From an uncultured Trueperaceae bacterium (lineage in GTDB: Bacteria; Deinococcota; Deinococci; Deinococcales; Trueperaceae), in contig CAVSGP010000009.1 of the NCBI GenBank assembly GCA_963727505.1, positions 320,001 to 384,000 of the forward strand: DNA of 64,000 nt, given 5' to 3'. Position numbers and translations under genes: made by a program. Under the pieces are notes generated by a model that did no database searches, had not been told where the DNA came from, and saw only the letters and a program-made list of their open reading frames with translations. Every line of letters begins with the position of its first letter. Positions within the stretch are counted from its first letter, which is position 1. Below are positions 36,961 to 46,836 of this stretch, one piece after another.

Positions 36961-37692
36961 ATGGCATCCATCCGTTCGAGACTGCGCGGTAGGGCACGTT
37001 TCGGCCTGGCGCTCGCTTTCGCGGCCCTGATCGCGGTGGCGGGCGTCACGACCGCGTCGGCACAGGCGGGGCCGGCGTCCGGGCTCCTGGTCCACGGCAG
37101 CGGTACCGTCTACGGCGAGCCGGACATCGCCGTGTTGACGCTCGGCGTGGACGTCGCCGAACCGGACGTGAAGGGCGCGCTGGCGAGCGCCGATCATGTC
37201 ATGCAAGCGGTGCGGCAGGTCTTCGTCGCCGCCGGCGTGCGCCGCGAGGACATCCGCACAGCGGCGTTCAACGTGTGGCGCGAGGACATCCGCGATCGCA
37301 ACGGAGCTGTGACCGGCGAGCGCTACCACGTGGTGCACAGCTATCAGGTCACGGTGCGCGACCTCAGCCAGCTTGGCGACGTGCTGGGGGCGGCCGTCGA
37401 TGCGGGCGCCAACAACGTCCAGGGGATCCAGTTCCGCATCCAGGATCCGGCCGCACTCCGCGCCCGGGCGCGCGCCGCGGCCATGCATGATGCCAGCAAG
37501 CAGGCCGAGCAGCTCGCCTCGCTCGCGGGTGTGACGCTGGGCAAGCCCGTCAGCATCGAGGAGACCTCGACTCCCGTGATGTCCTCGGCGCCCACCCTGG
37601 CGGCGGCGCGCGTGGGCGGCGGGGGCGCCCCCGTCGCGAGCGGGCAGCTGGCGGTCGAGGCCCACGTCACCGTCCGGTACGCCATCCAGTAG
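36961..37692 (+). CDS. SIMPL (DUF541/BP26) periplasmic protein
   Basis: Signal peptide, VHGSG...PDIA, DIRT, AGAN, A(E)QLA, final VTVRY. Confidence 0.92.
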   Translation: MASIRSRLRGRARFGLALAFAALIAVAGVTTASAQAGPASGLLVHGSGTVYGEPDIAVLTLGVDVAEPDVKGALASADHVMQAVRQVFVAAGVRREDIRTAAFNVWREDIRDRNGAVTGERYHVVHSYQVTVRDLSQLGDVLGAAVDAGANNVQGIQFRIQDPAALRARARAAAMHDASKQAEQLASLAGVTLGKPVSIEETSTPVMSSAPTLAAARVGGGGAPVASGQLAVEAHVTVRYAIQ

Positions 37693-37710
37693 TCTGCTCG
37701 CCCACGAGGT

Positions 37711-37739
37711 ACCGCCCCGGCCTTCGTGGCCGGGGCGGT
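37711..37739. terminator. GC hairpin between convergent genes
   Basis: ACCGCCCCGGCC-TTCGT-GGCCGGGGCGGT. Confidence 0.6.
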
Positions 37740-37780
37740 GCGTGTGCGGGGTTCGCGGAGCGGTTCGCGGGGGTGCGGGC

Positions 37781-38491
37781 TCAGAGCACCTGCATGACGT
37801 AGTGGTCGGTGGCGCGCTCCAGCCCGTCGAGGTTGGCGACGTACACGCCGCGGGTGCCCTCCAGGGCGCCCTCGGCCCGCAGCTCGCCGAGGATGCGGGT
37901 GATGGTCACGCGGCTGGAGCCGGTGAGGTCCGCCAGGTCCTCGTGCGTCAGCGCCAGCGGCAGCTTCACGCCGCCGTCGATGCCGCCGCCTTCGAGATGC
38001 TCGCCGACACGGTCGCTGGGCTGCCCGAACTGCCGCGCCAGCCGCAGGAACGCGCGGGTGACGCGCGCACCGACCGGCATCTCGGCCTCGTCGAGCATCT
38101 CGCGGGAACGTCGGAGCTGCCGCGCCAGGCTCCGCAGCACGTAATCGCGCAGGCTGCGATCGTTCATCGCCTGCTGCGGGTCGATGGGGGTGAGGCAAGC
38201 GTCGTGCACCGCGGTCACCGTCTCGGCGTGCAGGCCGCCGTCCAACGCGCTCAAGCCGAGCACGTCCCCGGCGCCGTACAGATCGGCGATGCGATCGCGC
38301 CCCAGGCTGGTGGGCACCACCGCCTTCAGCACCCCGAAGTTCACCACGTACAGGCTGCTCGCCTCCCGATTCGCCTCGAACAACACCTGACCCGGCTCCA
38401 ACGTACGAGTCGGCAGGGCCAGCGTCTCGGGAACGGGTGCGGCCGGTTCACAGGCGGATGGGTGGAGGGTCTGGGCTTTGAGGGTCGACAT
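37781..38491 (-). CDS. Crp/Fnr family transcriptional regulator
   Basis: cNMP-fold LYVV..G..K, GDVLG; HTH LTHEDLADLTGSSRVTITRIL; GGAGG before MSTLK. Confidence 0.92.
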   Translation of the reverse strand: MSTLKAQTLHPSACEPAAPVPETLALPTRTLEPGQVLFEANREASSLYVVNFGVLKAVVPTSLGRDRIADLYGAGDVLGLSALDGGLHAETVTAVHDACLTPIDPQQAMNDRSLRDYVLRSLARQLRRSREMLDEAEMPVGARVTRAFLRLARQFGQPSDRVGEHLEGGGIDGGVKLPLALTHEDLADLTGSSRVTITRILGELRAEGALEGTRGVYVANLDGLERATDHYVMQVL

Positions 38492-38564
38492 GATGCCTCC
38501 CTTCGCCGGCTGCCGCGTCCCTCGTGTGCCGAGGGGGCTGGCCGGCTGGAACCGTAGGGTCGCG

Positions 38565-39323
38565 CTACGGGAAACTGCGCGACAAGCGGTCGAGCGCGTC
38601 GATCGCCGGCGCATAGTTGGGGTCGGCGGTTCGCGCAGACCGGTAGTTGGTCTCGGCTTGACCGACGTTTCCGAGCTTCTCGTAGATCTGGCCGAGACGG
38701 TAGAACGCTTCGACGTAGGCGGGCGACCCGGGGCGCGCGCCGCCGGGGTCGGTCGCCTCGAACACATCGATGGCGTCGTTCAGCTTCTGGATCGCATCCT
38801 GGTAGCGTCCCAGGTAGATGAGGATCCTGCCCTGGTCGAGCAGCGGCCACATCGTCGTCTTGCCGGCGTCGGTGCCGGCCGCCGCCTGGAAGGCCTGCAA
38901 CGCCTCGTCGAACGAGCCCGTTTGCCAGGCGGCGCGCCCCCAGTCCATGGCGTACGCGTAGTCGTGCGTACGATTGAACGCTGTCCGCAGGGGCGTCAGG
39001 GCTGCCGCCGGGTCGCCTTCAGCCGCCTTCAACAGCCCGCTCAAGTGCAGGTACCGGGGGTCGGTTTCTCCCCGGACGAGCTTGGTGGCCGCATCGAGCT
39101 GCGCTTGTGCGCCGGACACGTTCCCGGTCAGGTAGAGCGCCTCCGCGTAGAGGTAGTAGGCGTTCGGTTGATCCGGGTAGGTCTTGACGAGCTCCGGCCC
39201 GTTGAGCTGGGCCGCGGAGTTGTAGTACCCACGGTCGAGCAGATCCTGCATCTGGTTGAACGCGCTTTGCGCGAAGGCCAGCGGCATGAGTAGCACGACG
39301 AGTATGGGTGCGAACCGAAGCAC
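38565..39323 (-). CDS. Exported TPR protein
   Basis: Signal peptide (AFA/Q); TPR patterns AYYLYAEAL, AFYRLGQIY, DPNYAPA. Confidence 0.85.
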   Translation of the reverse strand: MLRFAPILVVLLMPLAFAQSAFNQMQDLLDRGYYNSAAQLNGPELVKTYPDQPNAYYLYAEALYLTGNVSGAQAQLDAATKLVRGETDPRYLHLSGLLKAAEGDPAAALTPLRTAFNRTHDYAYAMDWGRAAWQTGSFDEALQAFQAAAGTDAGKTTMWPLLDQGRILIYLGRYQDAIQKLNDAIDVFEATDPGGARPGSPAYVEAFYRLGQIYEKLGNVGQAETNYRSARTADPNYAPAIDALDRLSRSFP

Positions 39324-39356
39324 GCACCTACGATAGCGCGAGCGAATGAGGAATGC

Positions 39357-40370
39357 TTAACTGCGAATGTGGAGCGCCAGCCAGTCCAGGCCTGCGTCGG
39401 CGCGCCGCACCAGCGCACCCACGGCGTCCGCGTCCGGCCGTCGCGCCTCCCGGGCCAGGTCGGCGAGCCGGCGTGGCTCCACCGGGCGGGTGAAGGCAGG
39501 GGCGCGCGCGTCGTCGAGGAATCCCGCGACCTTGGGATCGTAGACGAGGCCTGCGAAGCCGACGCCCGCACGCGCCGCCAGGATGAGGCCGTGCAGACGA
39601 GCCGACAGCACGTAGCGTGCAGCACCGATGTGCTGCAGCGCCTGCTCGGGTGTGGCGGCCTCCAGCCGCAACGCCTGCGTGGCGATTGCGATGCGCTCGC
39701 ACGCCGGCGCGTCCTCGCGTTCGTGGAGAGCCAGCGTCGCGACCTCCAGGCCGGCCTCGCGCAGGAGCCGGCCGGCCGCTGACAGTGCGTCGTTGAGGTC
39801 GTCGTGGCCGGCGCGGGGCACCAGCACCACGGGCCCGTCCGGGTCGGAGCGGGTCGGAGCAGGGAGGAGCAGGGCCGGGTCCGCGACGCGCTCGGCGCGC
39901 AGCCCGAGATCGCCGAGCAGGAGGACGGATGGAGCGTCGCGCACCGCCAGCGGCAGGCCTTCCAGAGCACGGCCGACGCGCCAACGCCCGGCCTCGCTGA
40001 GGGGGCCCACCGACTGTCCGTAGATCGCGACACGTTTGCCGAGCCGCCGCGCCAGGCCGATCACCGTCAGGTAGTAGCTCAAGCTCCGTCGACTGCTGCC
40101 GTCCTGGAGCAGGCCTCCGCCCCCCGAGACGAGGGCGTCACAGCGCGCCAGCGCCGGCAGCAGGCCGCGATAGCGGTGCGCGGCCGCGATCCCGTGCAGT
40201 GCGCGCGTGGCCGCCGGGTCGCCGGAGAGCGCGACGGGCTCGATGTCCCGTGCCTTCAGGCCGCGCACGAGTCCTGCCAGCAGCGCCTCGTCGCCGAGGT
40301 TGCCATAGCCGTAGTAGCCGCTCAGGAGGACGCGCACCGTGCGCAGACGCCGCTCAGGCCTCGCGGCCAT
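39357..40370 (-). CDS. csaB: Polysaccharide pyruvyl transferase CsaB
   Basis: SGYYGYGNLGDEA, SGGGGLLQD, QSVGP, VRD, RLHG, YDPKV; the exact start is uncertain. Confidence 0.93.
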   Translation of the reverse strand: MAARPERRLRTVRVLLSGYYGYGNLGDEALLAGLVRGLKARDIEPVALSGDPAATRALHGIAAAHRYRGLLPALARCDALVSGGGGLLQDGSSRRSLSYYLTVIGLARRLGKRVAIYGQSVGPLSEAGRWRVGRALEGLPLAVRDAPSVLLLGDLGLRAERVADPALLLPAPTRSDPDGPVVLVPRAGHDDLNDALSAAGRLLREAGLEVATLALHEREDAPACERIAIATQALRLEAATPEQALQHIGAARYVLSARLHGLILAARAGVGFAGLVYDPKVAGFLDDARAPAFTRPVEPRRLADLAREARRPDADAVGALVRRADAGLDWLALHIRS

Positions 40371-42198
40371 CGCCGGGGCTCGCCAACCAGGCGCGCCCGA
40401 GGGCCACCACGCCCCGCAGGAGCGGTACCAGCGCGAAGCCCAGGACGAGCCCGATGGCGAGCGCGATGCCGGTGCGCTCCGCGGAGACGAGCAGCGGAGT
40501 GTGGTAGTGGCTGAACGTGTTGAGCACGCTCGCCTGGGCCAGCACGCCTCCGGTCAGCAGCAGGCCGCGGAACCACGACGGCCACCGCGGGTTGGCCAGC
40601 GCCAGCAGCGCGAGCGGATGGCCGATGAGCTCCTTGAAGCGCGGGCGGACGAAGAGATCGGACAGCCACTGGCGGAGCGCCAGCTCGGCGTGGCTGGCCC
40701 CGATGATGGGGGTGTTGCCGCGGCGCATGAAGGCGATGGCGAGCGCGGCGACGGCGAGCAGGGCCAGCGCCACGTGGCCGACGCGTACCTCGGCACGCCA
40801 GAAGTCGCGGATCCACGCGGCCGGGCGCCGGAAGCGCAGTGCGTAGTGGAACAGGAACAGGGCAGGGGGGACGATGAGCGTCGCGCCGACGCCTGCGAAG
40901 GGACGGATGGCGAGCATGGTGTCGCGCTCGCTTCCCACCGCGGCCAGCAGCGCCGCCCCTGCCAGGCTGACGAGCGTGGCGAGCACCACGCTCCACGGGT
41001 TCTTGCGGAGGTGCCCGTAGCCGAGCACCGGGAAGGTGAGTGCCGCCATGAGCGCGAGCGCGTCCCAGCGCGGGCCGCCGGCCGCAAGACCGAGGGCGGC
41101 CACCAGGGCGGCCACGAGCAGCCCCCAGACGCCGGGGAACAGGCCGACCAGGAGCAGTACCCCGGCCGCGATCCCGACGCCGGCGAGCGCACGAAGGACG
41201 GAGCTGGTGTGATAGTGGAACGTCTGCGTCTGCAGCGGTCCGACCTGGTAGCCGGCGCTCTTCAGGGCCGAGGTGAGGCCGCTCACCATGCGGTCGGTGT
41301 TCGTCAGCAGGTCGCCCTGGTCGGTCGTCGTGTAGGGGCGCAGGTAGAGCAGCCGGATGTTGCGCTCGCTCACGGCGAGCATGTACTTGTCGACCAGATC
41401 CCGTGGGCTCAGCCGGCGATCGATGTAGTCCTGGTTGAACGACAGCAGCCGTACCGTCGGCACTTTGTTGAGCAGGCTGCCCAGGCCGTCCTGCGGCGTG
41501 CCCTCGATCAGGGCGGTGAGATAGGGCTGGGACGCCGCCACCACGGGCGCGAGATTCCCCGGGTAGCCGGCCACCTGCGTGCCGGCGTAGACGAGGTAGT
41601 GCGCACTCTTCGGGAAGTCGGCGCCGGGGCTCAGCAGGCGGTAGGGCGCGTTGCGCGGGCGGTAGGCGATGTCGAAGCCGGCGGCGGACCAGGCCTGCAG
41701 CTCAGCGCGGTCCGGCCCGGCGGGAAGGCTGTTGCGCACGTCGCCCGGGTAGACGTACCAGGTCCGACCGTTCCAGTCGAGCGACCGGGGTTTCGGAACG
41801 TTCTTGGCCACCAGCGCGTCGAGGGCGCCCGGTTGCAGGGGCGCCACCATGGTGGCGTCGCCCGGCACGTCGGGAGGCGTCTCGTCCCGTGCCAGGGCCT
41901 GCGCCCGCGCCTCGCTCCCCAGCAGGGCGACCGCCTTGCCCTTGGCGGCCAGGCTGTCGATGGTGTCCTCGTAGATGGCGATGCCGGTGAGGCCCAGCTT
42001 GCGGTAGTGCTGAGCCAGCTCCAGCGGCGACCTGCCCAGCAGATGGGCCTGGTCGGCGAGCGCCTGCTCGTCCATCACCAGGGCGACGTGCTCGCTCACC
42101 CCCTCGGCCTGGATGCGGCGGGTGACAAGGATCCCGGCCGGGATCAGGCTGAGGGCGACGATGATCCACAGCAGGCGGCGCAGGCGGGGATCGAGCAC
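40354..42198 (-). CDS. DUF5693-like multi-TM protein (csaB-associated)
   Basis: N-terminal TM, large periplasmic domain with ERNIRLLYLRP, many C-terminal TMs with RPRFKE..GHP and NTFSH.HTP. Confidence 0.75.
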   Translation of the reverse strand: MLDPRLRRLLWIIVALSLIPAGILVTRRIQAEGVSEHVALVMDEQALADQAHLLGRSPLELAQHYRKLGLTGIAIYEDTIDSLAAKGKAVALLGSEARAQALARDETPPDVPGDATMVAPLQPGALDALVAKNVPKPRSLDWNGRTWYVYPGDVRNSLPAGPDRAELQAWSAAGFDIAYRPRNAPYRLLSPGADFPKSAHYLVYAGTQVAGYPGNLAPVVAASQPYLTALIEGTPQDGLGSLLNKVPTVRLLSFNQDYIDRRLSPRDLVDKYMLAVSERNIRLLYLRPYTTTDQGDLLTNTDRMVSGLTSALKSAGYQVGPLQTQTFHYHTSSVLRALAGVGIAAGVLLLVGLFPGVWGLLVAALVAALGLAAGGPRWDALALMAALTFPVLGYGHLRKNPWSVVLATLVSLAGAALLAAVGSERDTMLAIRPFAGVGATLIVPPALFLFHYALRFRRPAAWIRDFWRAEVRVGHVALALLAVAALAIAFMRRGNTPIIGASHAELALRQWLSDLFVRPRFKELIGHPLALLALANPRWPSWFRGLLLTGGVLAQASVLNTFSHYHTPLLVSAERTGIALAIGLVLGFALVPLLRGVVALGRAWLASPGDGREA

Positions 42199-42202
42199 GA
42201 GG

Positions 42203-42841
42203 TCAGCCTCCGTTCCGCATAGCGATGCAACGGCTCACGTAGCTCGCCAGCACGTCGAGCGCGACGCGGTTGCGGCCGCCCTCGGGGACGATCAGATCGG
42301 CGTGCTGCTTGGTCGGTTCGACGAACAGGTCGTGCATGGGCTTGACGGTGCGACGGTACTGGGCGATGACGCTCTCGGCCCGACGGCCCCGCTCGCGCAC
42401 GTCGCGTTCGAGGCGCCGGATGAAGCGCTCGTCCGGCGGCGCGTCGACGAAGACCTTGAGGGTGAAGCGTTCACGCAGCGTCGGTTCGTGAAGCACGAGG
42501 ATCCCCTCGACCACGAGCACCGGCGTGGGCAGCAGCGTCACGGTCTCGAGGGAGCGATCGTCACGTTCGAAATCGTACACGGGGCGTTCGACGGGCCGCC
42601 CCTGCACCAGCGCGTCCACGTGTTCCACCAGCAGGTCGTTGTCGAAGGCGGTGGGCTCGTCGTAGTTGATCATGGCCCGCGCAGCAGGCGGGATGTTGGC
42701 CTGCGCAAGGTAGTAGGCGTCCTGCGGCAGGATGGTCACGTTACCGGCCCCGGCGGCATCGACGATGGCTTCGGCGACCGTCGTCTTGCCCGACCCGGTG
42801 CCGCCCGCCAGTCCGATCACGAGCGGCTTTGTGTGCTGCAC
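42203..42841 (-). CDS. udk: Uridine kinase
   Basis: GLAGGTGSGKTT, QDAYY, EGIL, RRLERDVRERGR, VEPTKQHAD. Confidence 0.97.
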   Translation of the reverse strand: MQHTKPLVIGLAGGTGSGKTTVAEAIVDAAGAGNVTILPQDAYYLAQANIPPAARAMINYDEPTAFDNDLLVEHVDALVQGRPVERPVYDFERDDRSLETVTLLPTPVLVVEGILVLHEPTLRERFTLKVFVDAPPDERFIRRLERDVRERGRRAESVIAQYRRTVKPMHDLFVEPTKQHADLIVPEGGRNRVALDVLASYVSRCIAMRNGG

Positions 42842-42858
42842 TCAGCCGGCCCTCCGGC

Positions 42859-44547
42859 TCATCGCGAGGCCTCGCCCGGTACCGGCGAGGGAACGGCGAC
42901 CGACGCCTCCCTGCGTTGGTCGGCCCGCTCGGCCGCAGCATGGATGAAACCGCTGAAGGGAGGGCTGGGCCGCATCAGGCGGGAGCGGAACTCGGGGTGC
43001 GACTGCACGCCCAGGAAGAAGGGATGGCCCTCGATCTCGACCGCTTCCACCAGCCCCTCGCCGCGCCCGGCCATGCCGGGGGTGATGCCGGACACGGTCA
43101 GACCCGCGCCCTTCAAACGATCGACGTAGGCCGGGTTGACCTCGAAGCGGTGCCGGTGGCGCTCGAAGACGACGCCGTGACTCGCGGGCGCCGGATCGTA
43201 CAGCGCGCCCAGCAGCGTGCCCGCGCCGACCTGCATGGGCCAGCTTCCGAGCCGCATGGTGCCGCCCATGTCCGCCACCTCGAGTTGCTCGGGCATCAGG
43301 TCGATGACGGGGTGCGGCGTGTAGGGATCGAACTCGGTGGAGTTGGCGGCCTCGAGCCCGGCGACGTGACGGGCGTATTCGATCACAGCCACTTGCATCC
43401 CGAGGCAGATTCCCAGGTAGGGGACATGATGCTCGCGCGCCACCTGCGCAGCACGGACCTTGCCCTCGATGCCGCGCACCCCGAAGCCCCCCGGCACGAG
43501 GATGCCGTCGAAGTCCTTGAGGGGCGTGAGGTCGGCATCCACCAGCGCCTCGGCGTTCACCCACTCGATGGTGACGCGGGCGTCGTTTGCGATCCCGGCG
43601 TGCTTCAGCGCCTCCATCAGACTCAGGTAGGCGTCTGGCATGGCCACATACTTTCCGACCACGGCGATCGCCACCTCGTGTGCCGGCTGGCGCAGCACCC
43701 GCACCGCTTCCTGCCACACGCGCAACTCGGGGGTGACGCGCTCGAGGACGAGCATGCGCTCGACGAAGCGGCCGATGTTCTGCTGCTCGAGCATCTCCGG
43801 CACCGCGTAGACGAAGTCCGCGTCGAAAGCGTTGAAGACGGCATCGGCCTCGACGTTGGTGAACAGCGCGATCTTGCGTCGCGCCTCCTCCGGGACCGGC
43901 GTCTTGGAGCGCAGGATGATGCCGTCCGGCTGGATCCCGACGCCGCGCAGGGTAGCAACGGAGTGCTGGGTGGGCTTCGTCTTGTACTCCTCGCTGGTGC
44001 CGAGGTAGGGAAGCAGCGTGACATGCAGATAGAGCGTGTTCTCGCGTCCCATCTCGAAGCGGAGTTGACGGATGGCTTCCAGGAAGGGCAACGACTCGAT
44101 ATCGCCGACCGTCCCACCGACCTCGACGAGCACGAGCTCGGCTCCCACCCGCTCGCCGGCGTCGATGATGCGCTGCTTGATCTCGTCGGTGACGTGCGGG
44201 ATGACCTGTACGGTCTGCGACAGGTACGCGCCGCGGCGCTCCTTCTCGATCACCGTCTGGTAGACCTGCCCGGTGGTGATGTTGTTCCCGCGCGACAGGT
44301 CGACGTCCAGGAACCGTTCGTAGGTACCGATATCCAGGTCGGTCTCGGCCCCATCGTCGGTGACGAAGACCTCACCGTGCTCGTAGGGGCGCATCGTGCC
44401 GGCGTCCACGTTGATGTAGGGATCGATCTTGACGGCGGTGACAGCGTAGCCGCGCGCGCGCAGCAGGGCCCCGATGCTCGAGGTGGCGATGCCCTTGCCG
44501 AGGCTCGACACCACCCCCCCCGTGACGAAGATGTACTTGCGCTCCAT
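42859..44547 (-). CDS. pyrG: CTP synthase
   Basis: TGGVVSSLGKG, KIDPYIN, GICLGMQ, ERHRHR, HPEF. Confidence 0.98.
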   Translation of the reverse strand: MERKYIFVTGGVVSSLGKGIATSSIGALLRARGYAVTAVKIDPYINVDAGTMRPYEHGEVFVTDDGAETDLDIGTYERFLDVDLSRGNNITTGQVYQTVIEKERRGAYLSQTVQVIPHVTDEIKQRIIDAGERVGAELVLVEVGGTVGDIESLPFLEAIRQLRFEMGRENTLYLHVTLLPYLGTSEEYKTKPTQHSVATLRGVGIQPDGIILRSKTPVPEEARRKIALFTNVEADAVFNAFDADFVYAVPEMLEQQNIGRFVERMLVLERVTPELRVWQEAVRVLRQPAHEVAIAVVGKYVAMPDAYLSLMEALKHAGIANDARVTIEWVNAEALVDADLTPLKDFDGILVPGGFGVRGIEGKVRAAQVAREHHVPYLGICLGMQVAVIEYARHVAGLEAANSTEFDPYTPHPVIDLMPEQLEVADMGGTMRLGSWPMQVGAGTLLGALYDPAPASHGVVFERHRHRFEVNPAYVDRLKGAGLTVSGITPGMAGRGEGLVEAVEIEGHPFFLGVQSHPEFRSRLMRPSPPFSGFIHAAAERADQRREASVAVPSPVPGEASR

Positions 44548-44641
44548 GCCTCACCTTCCCGGGATTCCATGGTACCACCCGCCTGTCCGCCGACCGGGGT
44601 CGGCGCAGGGCGGCGGCCGCGTCGGATGATACACTCCGCGC

Positions 44642-44694
44642 GGGTGATGGCGTTCACCCTATGAACCGCCCCGCGTTCGGCTGATGACGCCTAT
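44642..44694 (+). ncRNA. Fluoride (crcB) riboswitch
   Basis: GGGTGATGGCGTTCACCC...GCTGATGACGCCTA matches the GATGG..TTC/CTRATGAC..CTA pattern; follows TACACT (44630-35) and precedes crcB. Confidence 0.92.
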
Positions 44695-44722
44695 CCCCAC
44701 TCCAGGAACGCCAGGAGTCGTC

Positions 44723-45115
44723 ATGCTCATCCTCGGAGTCATGCTGGGAGGCGCCCTCGGTGCGCTCTCACGCTATCTGTTCACCAACGTCGTGCAGGGG
44801 GCCCTGCAGGGCGGCAGCTACGCCGGATTCCCGCTGGCCACGCTGCTGGTCAACGTCGTCGGATCCTTCCTGCTCGCCTTCGTGACCGAGCTAGGCTTGC
44901 GCGGGCTGGTCTCGCCGGCCGCGCGCGTCGCGGTCGGGACCGGCTTCCTGGGTGCGCTCACCACCTTCTCGACCTTCGAGCTGGAGAGCCAGTTGCTGGT
45001 GCGCGAGGGCGAACTCATGCGCGCGAGCGCCTACGTGCTGGGCAACCTGGCGGTTGGCTACCTGGCCATCCTCGCCGGCCGCGCGGCGGCCCTGCGCCTC
45101 GCGGGGGCGCCATGA
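44723..45115 (+). CDS. crcB: Fluoride channel Fluc/CrcB
   Basis: GGALGALSRY, FPLATL.VN..GSF, GFLGALTTFSTF; start moved to ATG 44723 after AGGAG, because the ORF-track ATG lies inside the riboswitch. Confidence 0.95.
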   Translation: MLILGVMLGGALGALSRYLFTNVVQGALQGGSYAGFPLATLLVNVVGSFLLAFVTELGLRGLVSPAARVAVGTGFLGALTTFSTFELESQLLVREGELMRASAYVLGNLAVGYLAILAGRAAALRLAGAP

Positions 45116-45480
45116 GTAGCGGGGGGACGAAGTCGCGCGGCGACGCCGCGCTGCTGCGCGTCTATTTCGGCGAGAGCGACCGCGTGTCCGGGCGTCCGGC
45201 CTCGGAGGCCCTGATGGCCGCGGCGCACGCTGGCGGCCTGGCCGGCGCCACCCTGTTCCGCGGCAGCCTGGGGTTCGGCGCCAACTCGGTGGTCCACCAA
45301 CCCCAGCCGTTCCGGCTGTCGGGCGACCTTCCCATGGTGCTGGAGGTCGTCGACGAGCGCGAGCGCGTCGATGCGTTCGTAGCCTCCCTCGAAGGCCTGC
45401 TGACCGGCGGGGGGTTGGTGACGGTCGAGCGCGTGGCCGTGTTGCGTGGGGGCGGTCAGGACGAAGGCCCTACGGCATGA
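45112..45480 (+). CDS. DUF190 (PII-like) protein
   Basis: LRVYFGESD, GLAGATLFRG..GFG, LSGDLP..LEVVD. Confidence 0.9.
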   Translation: MSSGGTKSRGDAALLRVYFGESDRVSGRPASEALMAAAHAGGLAGATLFRGSLGFGANSVVHQPQPFRLSGDLPMVLEVVDERERVDAFVASLEGLLTGGGLVTVERVAVLRGGGQDEGPTA

Positions 45481-45851
45481 AGGTGCTGCACCGGGCCGGC
45501 CTGGAAGGCGCTTGCCTGCTGCGCGTCTACACGCTGGCGGGCGACAAGGTGGGGAAGGTGAGTTTCGCAGAAGCGCTGGTGCGCGCCGCTCGACGGCGGG
45601 GCTTGCGTGGCGCGACGGTGCTACCCGGCCTGGGCGGTTTCGGGCGCCACGGTCTCGACCACCCCCTGTCGGTGCAGCTCTACCGGCCGGAGCGACAACC
45701 GATGGTGGTCGAGCTCGTGGACGAACCGGAGCGGCTGCGCCATTTCGTGGAGAACGAGGTCGCGCAGCTCGATCGCTGGGGTCGCCTGGCGACGCTGGAG
45801 CGGCTTCATCTGCACGCCTACCACGCCACGCCGGACGCGCCGCAGGACTAG
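45477..45851 (+). CDS. DUF190 (PII-like) protein, second and more divergent copy
   Basis: LLRVY, GLRGATVL.G..GFG, P.VVELVD; ATGA overlap. Confidence 0.85.
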   Translation: MKVLHRAGLEGACLLRVYTLAGDKVGKVSFAEALVRAARRRGLRGATVLPGLGGFGRHGLDHPLSVQLYRPERQPMVVELVDEPERLRHFVENEVAQLDRWGRLATLERLHLHAYHATPDAPQD

Positions 45852-45993
45852 TCGCTGGCCGCGGGGGTCGTGGTAGAGTCGCGTCCAGCCCGACGCGGCG
45901 GGTCCTACGGGGACCGTGCCGGGACGCCGCGTCGCACGGTTGGACCCGCCCGTGCCCGGCAGCACCGCACACCTCGAGGGAGCGCGACGAACG

Positions 45994-46635
45994 GTGGAAG
46001 AGCAGTCTCGAAGGAAGGGCATCCTGTTCGTCATGACGGGCGCCTCGGGCGTGGGGAAGGACACCATCCGGCGGGCCGCGCTGCCGAGGATCCCCAACCT
46101 CAGCTACTCGATCTCCGCCACCACGCGCGGGCGGCGCCAGGGCGAGGTGCACGGCGAGCAGTACTTCTTCTATGACCGCGATACCTTCGAGGACATGATC
46201 GCTCGCGACGACCTCCTGGAGCACGCCGACTACGTGGGCGATTACTACGGCACGCCTGCCGGGCCGGTGCGCCAGACCCTGGCGGACGGGTGCGACGTGC
46301 TGCTCGAGTTGGAGCTGGTCGGTGCCCGAAAGGTCAAGCGCAAGGTGCCGGAGGCGGTGATGGTGTTCATCGCGCCACCGTCGTTGTACGAGCTCGAGCG
46401 CCGCTTGCGCGGGCGCGGCACCGACAGCGAGGAGAAGATCCAGAAGCGCCTCCGGCGTGCCCGCGAGGAGATCCGTGCCGTGCGCGAGTTCGATTACGCC
46501 GTCGTCAACGACGAGCTCGAGGACGCCGTCCGGCTGTTCGGCAACATCATCGAGGCGGAGCGTGCCCGCGCCGCCCATCTGACCGAACGCGAGGTCGAGG
46601 CCTTCCTGCGGGAGACCGCGGCAGGGTCCGGCTGA
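45994..46635 (+). CDS. gmk: Guanylate kinase
   Basis: GASGVGKDT, SATTR, YYGTP, FIAPPS, RLRGRGTD. Confidence 0.97.
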   Translation: MEEQSRRKGILFVMTGASGVGKDTIRRAALPRIPNLSYSISATTRGRRQGEVHGEQYFFYDRDTFEDMIARDDLLEHADYVGDYYGTPAGPVRQTLADGCDVLLELELVGARKVKRKVPEAVMVFIAPPSLYELERRLRGRGTDSEEKIQKRLRRAREEIRAVREFDYAVVNDELEDAVRLFGNIIEAERARAAHLTEREVEAFLRETAAGSG

Positions 46636-46836
46636 CGGCGGCACCCGTCAGCGAGGGCGTATCCAAGCGCGTCGCGCTGCCTCCCGACGCACGGGAGCGC
46701 ACGCTCGGGAGCGCTCCCGTCGTGTAGAATCACCTGTTCGCAGGTCGCCCCCCAACCGGGTGAGGCGACCCGGTCTCGAAGACGTTCGCCCCGCCGGGGC
46801 GGCGCGAGCGGGCTGCGGCCCGCGAAGGAGGATCCG

